From Oscillospiraceae bacterium (GTDB lineage: Bacteria > Bacillota > Clostridia > Oscillospirales > QAMX01): a stretch of 64,000 nucleotides of DNA. Location of the stretch: positions 32,721 to 96,720 of the forward strand of contig SVLQ01000011.1 in NCBI GenBank assembly GCA_015067825.1, given 5' to 3'. Below the pieces are notes generated by a model. That model searched no databases. It was not told where the DNA came from and worked only from the letters and a program-made list of their open reading frames with translations. Within the stretch, counting starts at the first letter, position 1. Each line of letters starts with the position of its first letter. Shown piece after piece: positions 18,705 through 27,444 of the stretch. The position numbers were made by a program, and so were the translations under genes.

Positions 18705-19967
18705 TTAACCGCGCAGACCGTCCGCGACCCATTTTGCGTAGGTTTCGGCCGAACCCTTGGCCGTGACCGCCGAAAGCGAGAGCAGCTCGGGACGGAAGGT
18801 TGCGCGGGCGAGCTCGTTGATCTCTTCGCGGGTCACGCTCAGATATTTTGCGGCGACCTCGTCGGGGTTCAGAACGTGCTTCTGCAGCAAGAGCCCCTTG
18901 CCCATGTGGTTCATGCGGGCAGAGGTCGATTCCATCGACATCAGCAACGCCGAACGGATGCTGTCGCAGACCTTCGTCACCTCTTCTTCGGTCACGCCGT
19001 TTTCGGCGATCTCCCGGAGCACCGCGCCGATCTCGGTCATCGCTTTTTGTTCGCTGGCCGCGCCGGTACCGATGTAGACCGAAAACACGCCGCAGTCGGA
19101 GTGTGTCGAGAGGAAGGAATGGACAGAATAACAGAGCCCCAGCTGTTCGCGCACGCGCTGGAAGAGCCGCGATGACATATTGCCGCCGACGATATTGTTT
19201 AGAATCTGCATGGCGTAGCGCTGTTCCGAAAGGTACGAGAGCGCCGGAAAGCCGATGACGATGTTGTTTTGCTCCGTCGGTTTTTCCACGCAGGCAAGTG
19301 CCGGACGGTAGGCGGAAAGGCCGCTCTGCGGGCGGGCGCCGGCGGGGAATGCGCCGAGTACGCGCTTGATGTGATCGAGGTCTGCGTCCGTGAAGTGTCC
19401 CGAAAGCGAGATCACCGCGGCGTCGGCGGTATAGTTGGCGTCTTTATATGTGCGCAGGATCTTACCCGTCATCGGTTTCAGCGATTCACGCGTGCCGAGG
19501 ATCGGGTAGCCGAGCGGGGTATCGCGGAAAACGCCGAGGAAGAGATTTTCGATTGCCAAATCGTCGGGCGTATCGTCGCACATCCCGATCTCCTCGTTGA
19601 TCACGCCGCGCTCGATCTCCACGCTTTCTTCGTCAAACCGGCTGCAAAAGAGCATATCCGCCAGCATATCGGCGAATTCCGTTAGCTTTTCGTCGAGCAC
19701 GCGGCCGTAAAAACAGGTGCATTCCTTGGTCGTAAAGGCGTTGATCTCGCCACCCAACGCATCCATGCGGTCGGCGAGGTCGGCGGCGGTCGCGTGGTCG
19801 GTACCCTTGAAGAGCATGTGCTCGATGAAGTGTGAAGCGCCGTTCTGCGCGATCGGTTCGTGGCGGGTGCCGCTGGCGATCCAAACGCCGAGCGAAACAC
19901 TGCGCACGTTGGGATTCTGCTCGGAAATCACGCGAACTCCGTTGGGAAGGGTTTCAATTCGGTACAT
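18705..19967 (-). CDS. M16 family (pitrilysin/insulinase-like) zinc peptidase
   Basis: Inverted zinc motif 'HFIEH' in 'GASHFIEHMLFKGT'. 420 aa. Confidence 0.85.
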   Translation of the reverse strand: MYRIETLPNGVRVISEQNPNVRSVSLGVWIASGTRHEPIAQNGASHFIEHMLFKGTDHATAADLADRMDALGGEINAFTTKECTCFYGRVLDEKLTEFADMLADMLFCSRFDEESVEIERGVINEEIGMCDDTPDDLAIENLFLGVFRDTPLGYPILGTRESLKPMTGKILRTYKDANYTADAAVISLSGHFTDADLDHIKRVLGAFPAGARPQSGLSAYRPALACVEKPTEQNNIVIGFPALSYLSEQRYAMQILNNIVGGNMSSRLFQRVREQLGLCYSVHSFLSTHSDCGVFSVYIGTGAASEQKAMTEIGAVLREIAENGVTEEEVTKVCDSIRSALLMSMESTSARMNHMGKGLLLQKHVLNPDEVAAKYLSVTREEINELARATFRPELLSLSAVTAKGSAETYAKWVADGLRG

Positions 19968-20028
19968 AGTGGTATCCTCGATTCCTTGTTCTCTCTCAGT
20001 CTTTCATCGATTTGCGCGGATTACCCGC

Positions 20029-20061
20029 AAAAACGGCTGTTCCGACGGCGCGGAACAGCCG
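20029..20061 (-). terminator. Rho-independent terminator
   Basis: 11-bp arms CGGCTGTTCCG / CGGAACAGCCG, followed by TTTTT on the minus strand. Confidence 0.8.
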
Positions 20062-20066
20062 AAGTG

Positions 20067-21266
20067 TTACGGTCGGACGCGGTTGATCGCCACGGTCGCT
20101 TTGTGTGCGGTTTCTTCGTCCACCGCCCCCTTTTCGATCAGCGATTCGATCAAAGTCGTATTGGTGCCTTTGAGCTTGGCAAACAGGCCGTAATAGGAGA
20201 TGTAGACCATCTTATCGCGGTAGAGCGGTGTTGCTGTCAGCATTTCCGCCTCTGCCTGCGAGATCACGCCGAACTCCACGGCGGAATCAATGGCAGTTTT
20301 GTAGAAAAAGTCGGGATTAACGCCGCTGTCAGAATACCCGAGAGCGCGCAGCAAGAACGTCATGTACTGCTCGGGTTCGATCAGCATCATGCTGCTGTAT
20401 TCGGTGGCGGAGGTGCCGTTGGTGAGGCCGTTGGCGTAGGCAAAGGAGACGTAGTCAGCGGCCCACGGGTACACATCGGTAAACGGATGCGTCACTTCCG
20501 CCAGTTCCAATGCGGCAGCTTCGTCGCCGAGCAGACGCAGGAGCATGATCAAACCTTCATCTCTGCGCGAAACGCGGTCGAGCTCATATCCCTTGCCGGA
20601 ACCCAAAAACAGCCCCATTTTGTTCAATGCGTCGGCGAGATCGGTAAATTGCGCGGTGTAGGGTTCGCCGTGCTCGATCAAAAACTCACCGGTGACCATG
20701 ATCGTCGCATTGCCCAAAATCGGCGTAAAACCAATTGCACCCAGTTCGGTCACGAGCAGATAATCGCCCTCCGAAAGCTCCCACTGGTTGTAGAGCTCTT
20801 TGGCCGATGCGATCTGTACGACTGTTGCGCCAACGCCGTTGCGCGTCTGCACACGGCCGGAGAGTACCTTGACGGTGGCACCGGGTAGTGCGTTGAGCGT
20901 ATCGCCCGGTGAGAGGACGATCTGACGCTGGTGGTTGACGGCAGGTGCGGAGAATTTTTGGGTGTCGACGGCACTCCAAAGCGCATCAGCAGCTAAATCT
21001 GCGAGCTTTTCCAGCGAAATCTTGTCGAGCGCATCGTCGCGGATGGTCTGCAACTTATCGACTGCGGGCGATTCCAGCTGATCGGCTTCAGAGACGCGGT
21101 TGGTGATTACGGCAGAGAGCTCGCCGAAGAAGGTGTTTTCGATATAAGATTTTGTGATGAGCGGGTCATCCATCGAACCGACGGCTGCGACCACGCCGGA
21201 AAGCAGTGAGAGGAGCATGGACAGTGCCAGAAAAACGGTTAGTCGTTTGCGGATTGTGGGGGTCAT
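20067..21266 (-). CDS. Secreted protein with C-terminal SLH-like repeats
   Basis: Start moved to ATG 21266 (RBS 'GGAGGT'). Signal peptide 'RKRLTVFLALSMLLSLLSGVVAA'. 'FTDVYPWAADYVSFAYANGLTNG...EQYMTFLLRALGY' fits the SLH consensus. Confidence 0.7.
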   Translation of the reverse strand: MTPTIRKRLTVFLALSMLLSLLSGVVAAVGSMDDPLITKSYIENTFFGELSAVITNRVSEADQLESPAVDKLQTIRDDALDKISLEKLADLAADALWSAVDTQKFSAPAVNHQRQIVLSPGDTLNALPGATVKVLSGRVQTRNGVGATVVQIASAKELYNQWELSEGDYLLVTELGAIGFTPILGNATIMVTGEFLIEHGEPYTAQFTDLADALNKMGLFLGSGKGYELDRVSRRDEGLIMLLRLLGDEAAALELAEVTHPFTDVYPWAADYVSFAYANGLTNGTSATEYSSMMLIEPEQYMTFLLRALGYSDSGVNPDFFYKTAIDSAVEFGVISQAEAEMLTATPLYRDKMVYISYYGLFAKLKGTNTTLIESLIEKGAVDEETAHKATVAINRVRP

Positions 21267-21383
21267 AACAATACCTCCGTAGGGTACGGTGCGAATCGGA
21301 CAGAATGGTACGATATTATTATACAGTATTTTTGTGCATATGTCAAAACAATCTGTGAATTTCCAAAAAATATGCAAAATCGA

Positions 21384-21412
21384 CTGACATTGCGCGGAAG
21401 ATATGGTATAAT
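21384..21412 (+). promoter_or_regulatory. Sigma-A type promoter
   Basis: CTGACA, a 17-nt spacer, then TGgTATAAT (extended -10). Lies upstream of the CBM9-like gene. Confidence 0.55.
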
Positions 21413-21448
21413 ATCTGTATCAGAGTCCTATGAAGGGAGCAGAAAACT

Positions 21449-22084
21449 ATGGCAGAACAGATCTACAAAGCAGCAACCGTTTCCGGCGGAGAGGAATTTG
21501 ACCGCGCACAGCTGACATGGGCGCCGATTTCCGAGAATCCGTGGAATTTTTCTTACACCCCGACTGCACGCGCACAGCTCGCTGTCGATTTTGAAGCAGG
21601 CGGTTTTTGGGTGCGCCTGCAGGCCGAAGAAGCGCGCTCGGCCCTCAGCCTAGCCGAGCGGGAACTCAACGGCCGCGTCTGGGAAGATGCGTGTCTGGAA
21701 TTTTTTGTCAATCCGTGCCCGGAAGAAGGGCTTGGTTACCTGAATTTTGAGGCCAATGCGCTGGGCGTGATGCTGCTCGGCGTGCACACCCCGGCTTTTG
21801 ATGGACAAACGACTGAGTTTGACGAGTCGATTTTCCAAATGCGTGCCACCCACGAAACGCTGCCCGGCGGCATGGTGCGCTGGACGCTCCGCTATTTCGT
21901 TCCCTTTGCTTATATCAAGCGTTGGTTTCCGTCGTTCGACCCCAAACCGGGGATGAAGATCGCCGGCAATTTCTATAAATGCGGCGATCTTTGCCCGCAG
22001 GAGCATTACCTCGCGTGGTCTCCCGTTTCGTGGGAAGAACCGAGCTTCCACCGCCCAGAATGCTTCGGCGTAATCGAACTCTGA
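21449..22084 (+). CDS. Carbohydrate-binding family 9-like protein
   Basis: 'EDACLEFFVNP', 'LNFEANALG' and 'NFYKCGD...HYLAWSPV' match the CBM9-like (DOMON-like) family. Confidence 0.6.
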   Translation: MAEQIYKAATVSGGEEFDRAQLTWAPISENPWNFSYTPTARAQLAVDFEAGGFWVRLQAEEARSALSLAERELNGRVWEDACLEFFVNPCPEEGLGYLNFEANALGVMLLGVHTPAFDGQTTEFDESIFQMRATHETLPGGMVRWTLRYFVPFAYIKRWFPSFDPKPGMKIAGNFYKCGDLCPQEHYLAWSPVSWEEPSFHRPECFGVIEL

Positions 22085-22089
22085 TTCAC

Positions 22090-22118
22090 TTGACTTTTGG
22101 CGGAAAAACCGCTATAAT
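22090..22118 (+). promoter_or_regulatory. Sigma-A promoter of the queT leader
   Basis: TTGACT (22090-22095), a 17-nt spacer, then TATAAT (22113-22118). Confidence 0.7.
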
Positions 22119-22134
22119 ATCTATAAATTCAATA

Positions 22135-22176
22135 GAGGACAGTTCGAAACCATCCTGTCTGTAAACAAAACTATGG
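22135..22176 (+). promoter_or_regulatory. preQ1-I riboswitch aptamer
   Basis: P1 is GGACAG / CUGUCU, enclosing 'UUCGAAACCAUC'. An A-rich tail 'GUAAACAAAACUAUGG' follows. Loop CCAU can pair with tail AUGG to form the pseudoknot. Compare known aptamers '...CCCAGUUAACAAAACAAGG' and '...CCUCUAUAAAAAACUAA'. Located upstream of a QueT (COG4708) gene, the classical context. Confidence 0.7.
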
Positions 22177-22226
22177 GGACAGTTCCGCTAGAGGGACTGT
22201 CGGTCTACGCGCACTTTTGCGGCCAA

Positions 22227-22263
22227 ATCGGGATGGAAAAAACTTTTCTGTTCCGATTTTTTT
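22227..22263 (+). terminator. Attenuator terminator of the preQ1 leader
   Basis: 14-bp stem AUCGGGAUGGAAAA / UUUUCUGUUCCGAU (includes G-U pairs), loop AAC, then a 6-U run. Ends 20 nt before the queT start. Confidence 0.7.
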
Positions 22264-22283
22264 CAGCTTCGGAGGATGCGTTT

Positions 22284-22805
22284 GTGGCGAAGAAAACAAG
22301 ATTTTTGGTCTACGGCGGTGTTTTGGCCGCGTTATATGTGGTGCTGACCTATTTGCAGAACTGGATCTGGCCGGGCTCGGCGACGATGGCGGTGCAATTC
22401 CGGTTTTCCGAGGCGTTGTGTGTGTTTGCGTGTCTGACGCCGGCGGCGATTCCGGGCTTGGCGGTCGGGTGCCTGATTTTCAACCTGAGCTGGGCGCAGG
22501 CGCTGCCGCTCGATTGGCTGGTCGGCACAGCGGCTACATTGGGAGCGGGCGTTTGCATGTGGCTTTTGCGAAAGGTGCGTATCAAAAAACTGCCGATCGT
22601 GGCGCTTCTGATGCCGGCAGTGTGGAATGCGCCGCTGGTAGGGTTGGAACTGACGCTCTATTTGAGCGAGGTCGGCTTTACTTGGCCTGTGCTCGGGTGG
22701 AATATGCTCACGGTGTTTGTCGGTGAGGCGGCGGTTGTCTGCGTGCTGGGCTCGATCCTCTATACGGCGCTCTGCGCGCGCAGAATGGAAAAGCTTTTTC
22801 GATAA
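22284..22805 (+). CDS. queT: Queuosine precursor transporter QueT (ECF-type S component)
   Basis: GTG 22284 has 'GGAGGA' upstream and lies after the attenuator. 'AVQFRFSEALCVFACLTPAAIPGLAVGCLIFNL' matches the QueT family. 173 aa. Confidence 0.8.
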   Translation: MAKKTRFLVYGGVLAALYVVLTYLQNWIWPGSATMAVQFRFSEALCVFACLTPAAIPGLAVGCLIFNLSWAQALPLDWLVGTAATLGAGVCMWLLRKVRIKKLPIVALLMPAVWNAPLVGLELTLYLSEVGFTWPVLGWNMLTVFVGEAAVVCVLGSILYTALCARRMEKLFR

Positions 22806-22838
22806 TGTGGGAATGTGGAAGGCAGACTTGTAAACAGT

Positions 22839-22877
22839 AAAAATCCCGGGAAATCGGAAGATTTCCCGGGATTTTTT
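22839..22877. terminator. Bidirectional terminator
   Basis: 15-bp arms AAATCCCGGGAAATC / GATTTCCCGGGATTT with an A-run before and a T-run after. Confidence 0.85.
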
Positions 22878-22884
22878 CGTGCAA

Positions 22885-23628
22885 TCAAAAGCGCTCAAAC
22901 GCATCGGTTTTATGGTTGTAGAGATAGGCTGAAAGACCATCGAAGGAGATCGCAAACCGGCGCATAATGCTGCCGGGGTCGGCACTGCTGGAAACCGAAA
23001 CGTCGTAGTAGTATTCCTCGCCGATTGTGATTACCTCGTTGACCGCTGCAACCAGCTCGATCTCCGTGTTTGTGAGCATGCCGTAGGTCAGGTTGATCGC
23101 GTAGAGCTTGGCGTCGTCGGCCGAAAGCTCGCCTTCACCGGGTTCGGGTGCGGCCGCAGCCTTGGGGCGGTACGCAACTGTACCGGTGAGGTCGATACCA
23201 AACCGTGTCACACCTTCGGCTGCCGTGACGAAAACGGCTTTGTCCACCCCGTAGTTCTGGCGCACGGTGGAGTAGATGCTGTCGAGGATTCCGCGCAGCT
23301 TCGCTTCTGTTTCGGCTGTGCAGAGAATGGAGGCCGGACCGACTGCGATATTTGCCGCTGATGCGGTAACTTCGGCGCGTTGCAGGTCCAACGAAACGTG
23401 CAGTTTGTCCGCCAAAGCAGTGAGGATTTCGGAAAGTGTGGTGTCGCCGGCGTAGGAAAAATACGCGGTGGCGGCAGGCTCGGACGAACGGTCGACTAAA
23501 ACCGCCGTATAGGTTTGCAACTGGTTCGGCTCATCCGGCGCAGACGGTGTCGGTGCCGAATCGCCGCAGGCGGAACAGAAGAGCAGGAATGAGAGCAACG
23601 TGGCACAAAGCTTACAAAAACGATTCAT
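22885..23628 (-). CDS. Putative lipoprotein, function unknown
   Basis: Signal peptide and Cys in 'LLSFLLFCSACGDS'. RBS 'GGAG'. Confidence 0.6.
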   Translation of the reverse strand: MNRFCKLCATLLSFLLFCSACGDSAPTPSAPDEPNQLQTYTAVLVDRSSEPAATAYFSYAGDTTLSEILTALADKLHVSLDLQRAEVTASAANIAVGPASILCTAETEAKLRGILDSIYSTVRQNYGVDKAVFVTAAEGVTRFGIDLTGTVAYRPKAAAAPEPGEGELSADDAKLYAINLTYGMLTNTEIELVAAVNEVITIGEEYYYDVSVSSSADPGSIMRRFAISFDGLSAYLYNHKTDAFERF

Positions 23629-23656
23629 AAAGAAGCTCCTTTGCCGAAAAATACGG

Positions 23657-24316
23657 TCAGCGCGCGTCGTAAATCCTGTTTTCCAAATCAGTCAGACGGT
23701 AGCAGAGCGTGGAGAGCGAATCGGAGAGATGCACGTTTTGCACGAGCGTACTCGCTTCAAACCGGGCGAGATCACCCTTAGTGAAATTCCAGATCGCCTT
23801 CACGCCGCATTTTCTGAGGATCTCTGCACCGGCCGTGGCCGACTCGGTCGGAACGGTGAGAACGCCGATGTCGGGTTTGGGCAGATGTGCCATGACTTCA
23901 GAGACATTGGCGGGATCGCTGACGGTCACACCGCCATAGGTTTTGCCGATGACGGCGGGATCGGTGTCGAATGCGGCGAGCACGCGGAATCCGCGGCGCT
24001 CAAACCCGAAGTTATCGAGCAGGGAACTGCCGATACGCCCGACACCGACAACGACAATGCCGTAGTTTTGGTCGAGCCCGAGGATTTTTGTGATCTCATC
24101 GTGCAGCTGCACAACATCGTAGCCGCAGCCCTGCTGACCAAAATCACCGAAACAGTTGAAATCCTGCCGTACCTGCGACGGTGTCAGCTTCATGCAGTCT
24201 GCCAGATCGCGGGAAGAGATTTGCTTGATGCCGCTCAGATACATTTCGTGCAGATAGCGATAGTATCGCGGAAGGCGGCGGATTACAGCCATGGAAACAA
24301 ATCCGTGTCTGCTCAT
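23657..24316 (-). CDS. rex: Redox-sensing transcriptional repressor Rex
   Basis: 'VIRRLPRYYRYL', 'ISSRDLADCMKLTPSQVRQDFNCFGDFGQQGCGYDV' and the Rossmann motif 'VVVGVGRIGSSL'. Confidence 0.9.
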   Translation of the reverse strand: MSRHGFVSMAVIRRLPRYYRYLHEMYLSGIKQISSRDLADCMKLTPSQVRQDFNCFGDFGQQGCGYDVVQLHDEITKILGLDQNYGIVVVGVGRIGSSLLDNFGFERRGFRVLAAFDTDPAVIGKTYGGVTVSDPANVSEVMAHLPKPDIGVLTVPTESATAGAEILRKCGVKAIWNFTKGDLARFEASTLVQNVHLSDSLSTLCYRLTDLENRIYDAR

Positions 24317-24389
24317 AGAAACAACTCCCTCATAGTCATTGCGCGAAGGTGAGAATTCTGGGACGGTAGGGCGAGGAAATCGGGTTCGT

Positions 24390-25538
24390 TCAGCGCGTCA
24401 TGGTTTCCATGACGTAGTTGGCAAATTCCGCACCCGTCGCGCCGGTATCGCGGCCGGTGATCTTCAGCTTGGCGTCGGGGCCGGAGCAGATATCGAGGGC
24501 GTCAGCGAGCTTCTTGGCGCGGTCGGCGTAGCCGATGTGTTCCAAAAGCAGCACGCAGGCGCGCAGCACCGACGACGGGTCGGCGTACTGGGCGCGGCCC
24601 TGTTCGACCATGCGCGGCGCCGAGCCGTGGATCGCCTCAAACATCGCGTATTTTTTACCGATGTTGGCGCTGCCGGCCGTACCGACACCGCCCTGGATCT
24701 CGGCGGCTTCGTCGGTGAGGATGTCGCCGTAGAGGTTGGGCGTGACGATCACGCTGAAGTCGCTGCGGCGCTTTTCGTCGATGAGCTTGGCACTCATGAT
24801 GTCGACGAACCAACTGTCGTGGGTGATGTTCGGGTATTCCGCGGCGATCTCTTCGAAGATGCGCAGGAACTTGCCGTCGGTGGCTTTGATGATGTTGGCC
24901 TTGGTGACAACGTCAACGCGCGTACGGCCGGTCTTGACGGCGTAGTCGAACGCCAAACGCACCAGTCGTTCCGTGCCCTGCGTGGTGGTCACGCAGAAGT
25001 CGATGGAGAGATCGTCGTCGTAGTGGAGCCCCTGACTGCCGACGGCGTAGGAACCTTCCGTGTTTTCGCGGTAGAAGACCCAGTCGATGTTCAGCTCGGG
25101 GATCTTAACCGGGCGGACGTTGGCGAAGAGGTCGAGCGCCTTGCGCATGGCGACGTTGGCGCTTTCAATGTTCGGCCACGGGTCACCGGCCTTGGGGGTG
25201 GTGGTCGGTCCCTTGAGAATGACGTGGCAGGCCTTCAGCTCTTCCATCACGTCGTCGGGGATCGCTTTGCCGCAGGCGGCGCGGTTTTCGATTGTCAGAC
25301 CGTCGATCTTTTTAAAGGTCACCTTACCGGAGGTCACTTCGTCGGCGAGCAGGAAGCGCAGCACGCGTTCACCCTCGGCTGTGATGGCCGGACCGATGCC
25401 GTCGCCGCCGCAGATGCCGATGACGATGGTATCGAGCGCGGCATAATCCACAAAATCGCCTTCGTTTTTCATGTGCTCGATGCGGGCGAGCTGCGAGGCG
25501 ATGATCTTTTCAAATTGTGCTTGTGCAGATTGCGTCAT
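24390..25538 (-). CDS. Isocitrate/isopropylmalate dehydrogenase family protein (probable isocitrate dehydrogenase)
   Basis: 'IGICGGDGIGPAI', 'ANVRPV', 'ENTEGSY' and 'NLYGDILTDEAAEIQGGVG' are present. Start placed at the second ATG (25538), which has 'AAGGAG' 9 nt upstream. Confidence 0.8.
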   Translation of the reverse strand: MTQSAQAQFEKIIASQLARIEHMKNEGDFVDYAALDTIVIGICGGDGIGPAITAEGERVLRFLLADEVTSGKVTFKKIDGLTIENRAACGKAIPDDVMEELKACHVILKGPTTTPKAGDPWPNIESANVAMRKALDLFANVRPVKIPELNIDWVFYRENTEGSYAVGSQGLHYDDDLSIDFCVTTTQGTERLVRLAFDYAVKTGRTRVDVVTKANIIKATDGKFLRIFEEIAAEYPNITHDSWFVDIMSAKLIDEKRRSDFSVIVTPNLYGDILTDEAAEIQGGVGTAGSANIGKKYAMFEAIHGSAPRMVEQGRAQYADPSSVLRACVLLLEHIGYADRAKKLADALDICSGPDAKLKITGRDTGATGAEFANYVMETMTR

Positions 25539-25603
25539 GTCAAAGAACTCCTTATGCATGAATTGAACGAAAATACAGGCGCAGTAAAGATTTACGCCAC
25601 TAT

Positions 25604-25632
25604 ATTTTACATGGATTTTCGGGAATTGTCAA
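25604..25632 (-). promoter_or_regulatory. Sigma-A type promoter of the IDH-family gene
   Basis: On the minus strand: TTGACA (25632-25627), a 17-nt spacer, then TAAAAT (25609-25604). Confidence 0.6.
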
Positions 25633-25661
25633 GATGAGTCGAAATTGTGAATTACAAGTAG

Positions 25662-25746
25662 TTATCCACGATTTCCACACGGTTTTCCACATGGCAAAAC
25701 ACATAGAACGCCAAGGAAATCCGCCGTTTTCCACACAACATCCACA
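25662..25746 (+). promoter_or_regulatory. Cluster of five co-oriented DnaA-box-like 9-mers
   Basis: Five 9-mers compared with the consensus TTATCCACA. TTATCCACg (25662-25670), TTtTCCACA (25683-25691) and TTtTCCACA (25727-25735) each match 8/9. aTtTCCACA (25671-25679) and acATCCACA (25738-25746) each match 7/9. Confidence 0.6.
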
Positions 25747-25913
25747 CAGGCCGAAAGCCTATTTCCGTGGAAGATTCTGCCGCTTTCGCACAGTGGAGTA
25801 AGGCCTTGATTTTTTTCGGGAAACCCGCGAAAAATCGGGTTTTACGTACGCTGGCGCGGAAAACGGACAAGTGCGGAAATATGACGAAAAAAACGTGATT
25901 ACAAGAAGTAATA

Positions 25914-26939
25914 TCAAAGATCGGCGAAGCGTTCGGAGACCTCCATCGTCGCATACGCGTTCAGATCGAGGCCTGCGGTCTCACCGTTTTGGTAGGCGTA
26001 GTACCCCGCACAGCCGATCATAGCAGCATTATCGCCGCAGAGCGATGCCGGCGGCAGGTAAACCGAAAGCCCGTGTTTTGGGCCGAGCGCGGTAACGGCC
26101 TCGCGCAAAAACGAGTTGGCGGCTACACCGCCGCAGATGGCGATTTTTTGGCGGCCGCATTCCTTCGCCGCTAAAAGCAGGCGCGAGGAAAGCATCTCCG
26201 CGACGCATTCGCAGACGGCACGTGCCAATTCTGCATGGTCAAAGCTGTCGCCGCGGGCTTTGCTGTTGTGGACGAGGTTGATCACGGCCGTTTTCAGCCC
26301 CGAAAACGAGCAGTCGAGCGGGGCGTCGGCAAATGCCGGCCGTGGCAGCTTGAGGCTGCCGATCGAATCGGTCGTGCGCGCAAGCTGGTCGAGCTCTTTG
26401 CCGCCGGGGTAGGGGTAGCCGAGCACGCGTGCGACCTTGTCGAAGGCTTCACCGGCCGCGTCGTCACGGGTCGCGCCGAGCACGCGGATGTCGCAGTAAT
26501 CGCGCACGTCGACGAAAAGGGTGTTGCCGCCGGAGGCGACGAGGCAGACAAAAGGCGGTTCCAGCTCCGGGAACGCGAGATAGTTGGCGGCGATATGGCC
26601 GCGAATGTGGTGCACGGGGATCAGCGGCTTGCCAAGGGCAAAGCTGACCGACTTGGCAAAGCTCAATCCCGTCAAAAGCGCACCGATCAGTCCGGGCGCA
26701 CAACTGACGGCAACGGCGTCGATCTCGCTTTTTTTCAGACCGGATTTTAAAAAGGCGCTGTCAACGGTCTGGGCGATCGTTTCGATGTGGCGGCGCGAGG
26801 CGAGCTCCGGCACGACCCCGCCATATTCTGCGTGCAGCGCGATCTGGGAATAAACCGTTTCCGCGAGCACGGTACGGCCGTTTTCGGTGATGGCCGCGGC
26901 GGTCTCGTCGCAGGAGGATTCGATGGAGAGGATCTTCAT
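25914..26939 (-). CDS. tsaD: tRNA N6-adenosine threonylcarbamoyltransferase TsaD
   Basis: 'MKILSIESSCDETAAAI', 'HIRGHIAANYL' and 'GGVAANSFLRE'. 341 aa. Confidence 0.95.
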   Translation of the reverse strand: MKILSIESSCDETAAAITENGRTVLAETVYSQIALHAEYGGVVPELASRRHIETIAQTVDSAFLKSGLKKSEIDAVAVSCAPGLIGALLTGLSFAKSVSFALGKPLIPVHHIRGHIAANYLAFPELEPPFVCLVASGGNTLFVDVRDYCDIRVLGATRDDAAGEAFDKVARVLGYPYPGGKELDQLARTTDSIGSLKLPRPAFADAPLDCSFSGLKTAVINLVHNSKARGDSFDHAELARAVCECVAEMLSSRLLLAAKECGRQKIAICGGVAANSFLREAVTALGPKHGLSVYLPPASLCGDNAAMIGCAGYYAYQNGETAGLDLNAYATMEVSERFADL

Positions 26940-26964
26940 AGTCTTCGTTGTCCTTTTTATGGTA

Positions 26965-27420
26965 TCAGTCTGTCAGCGACCGCGCCATCAAAATTGCGTC
27001 TTCGGTCGGCTGGGTATAGTAGTTGGCGCGGCGGCCGATCTCGGAAAAGCCGAATCGGCGGTAAAGCGCTTGGGCGGCTTCGTTGGAAACGCGCACCTCA
27101 AGGTACATCGTCTCCGCGCCGGTCTCCTTGGCCTTGTCTGTCAGCCCCTGCAGAAGCAGCGCACCGTATCCGTTGCGGCGATGCTCGGCGGCAACGGCGA
27201 TCGTTGTGATCTCGAATTCATCGGCGACGGCAAAACCGCCGCCATAACCGACGCATTTTCCGTCGGCGAGCAGAACGACGTAGCGGGCGAGGGGATTGTT
27301 GAGTTCGTCGGCGAGCTGCTGGTAACTCCACGGTGTGGAAAAACTGGCGGCTTCGATGTTAGCCACGTCGTCGAGATGGTACTGCGACAGCGGCAGAAGG
27401 ATCGTTTGGGGCTGCGGCAT
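26965..27420 (-). CDS. rimI: Ribosomal-protein-alanine N-acetyltransferase RimI (GNAT)
   Basis: 'IAVAAEHRRNGYGALLLQGL' is the GNAT acetyl-CoA motif. Conserved position immediately upstream of tsaD. Confidence 0.8.
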   Translation of the reverse strand: MPQPQTILLPLSQYHLDDVANIEAASFSTPWSYQQLADELNNPLARYVVLLADGKCVGYGGGFAVADEFEITTIAVAAEHRRNGYGALLLQGLTDKAKETGAETMYLEVRVSNEAAQALYRRFGFSEIGRRANYYTQPTEDAILMARSLTD

Positions 27421-27444
27421 GGCAAAGGATTCCTTTCCGAATGA

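Noticed and set aside
22178-22201. Second GGACAGUUC hairpin as an independent second preQ1 aptamer.
   Set aside because: It lacks the A-rich tail and the pseudoknot partner. It is reported only as a possible expression-platform or degenerate element within the riboswitch finding.
25645-25657. TTGTGAATTACAA near-palindrome next to the -35 of the IDH-family gene, considered as a Rex operator because rex is the next gene.
   Set aside because: Only one good half-site (TTCACAA on the minus strand) is present, and the spacing does not fit the 18-bp TTGTGAA-N4-TTCACAA Rex box. The site could still bind another factor, but the evidence is too thin to call.
25671-25746. Reading the TGTGGAA repeats (minus strand) as Spo0A boxes (TGTCGAA).
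   Set aside because: Every copy has G instead of the conserved C at position 4. The extended 9-mers fit the DnaA box better, at 7-8 of 9 positions.
25560-25913. Possibility that the DnaA-box cluster is the chromosomal origin (oriC).
   Set aside because: No dnaA, dnaN or rpmH lies nearby. I see no AT-rich unwinding element or 13-mer-like repeats. There is no switch in gene orientation, since genes on both sides are on the minus strand. A non-origin DnaA-box cluster is the more economical reading.
25652-25954. 100-aa ORF in the tsaD / IDH-family intergenic region.
   Set aside because: It has no RBS, overlaps the tsaD 3' end, and has odd composition. The region is better explained by the DnaA-box cluster and the promoter of the IDH-family gene.
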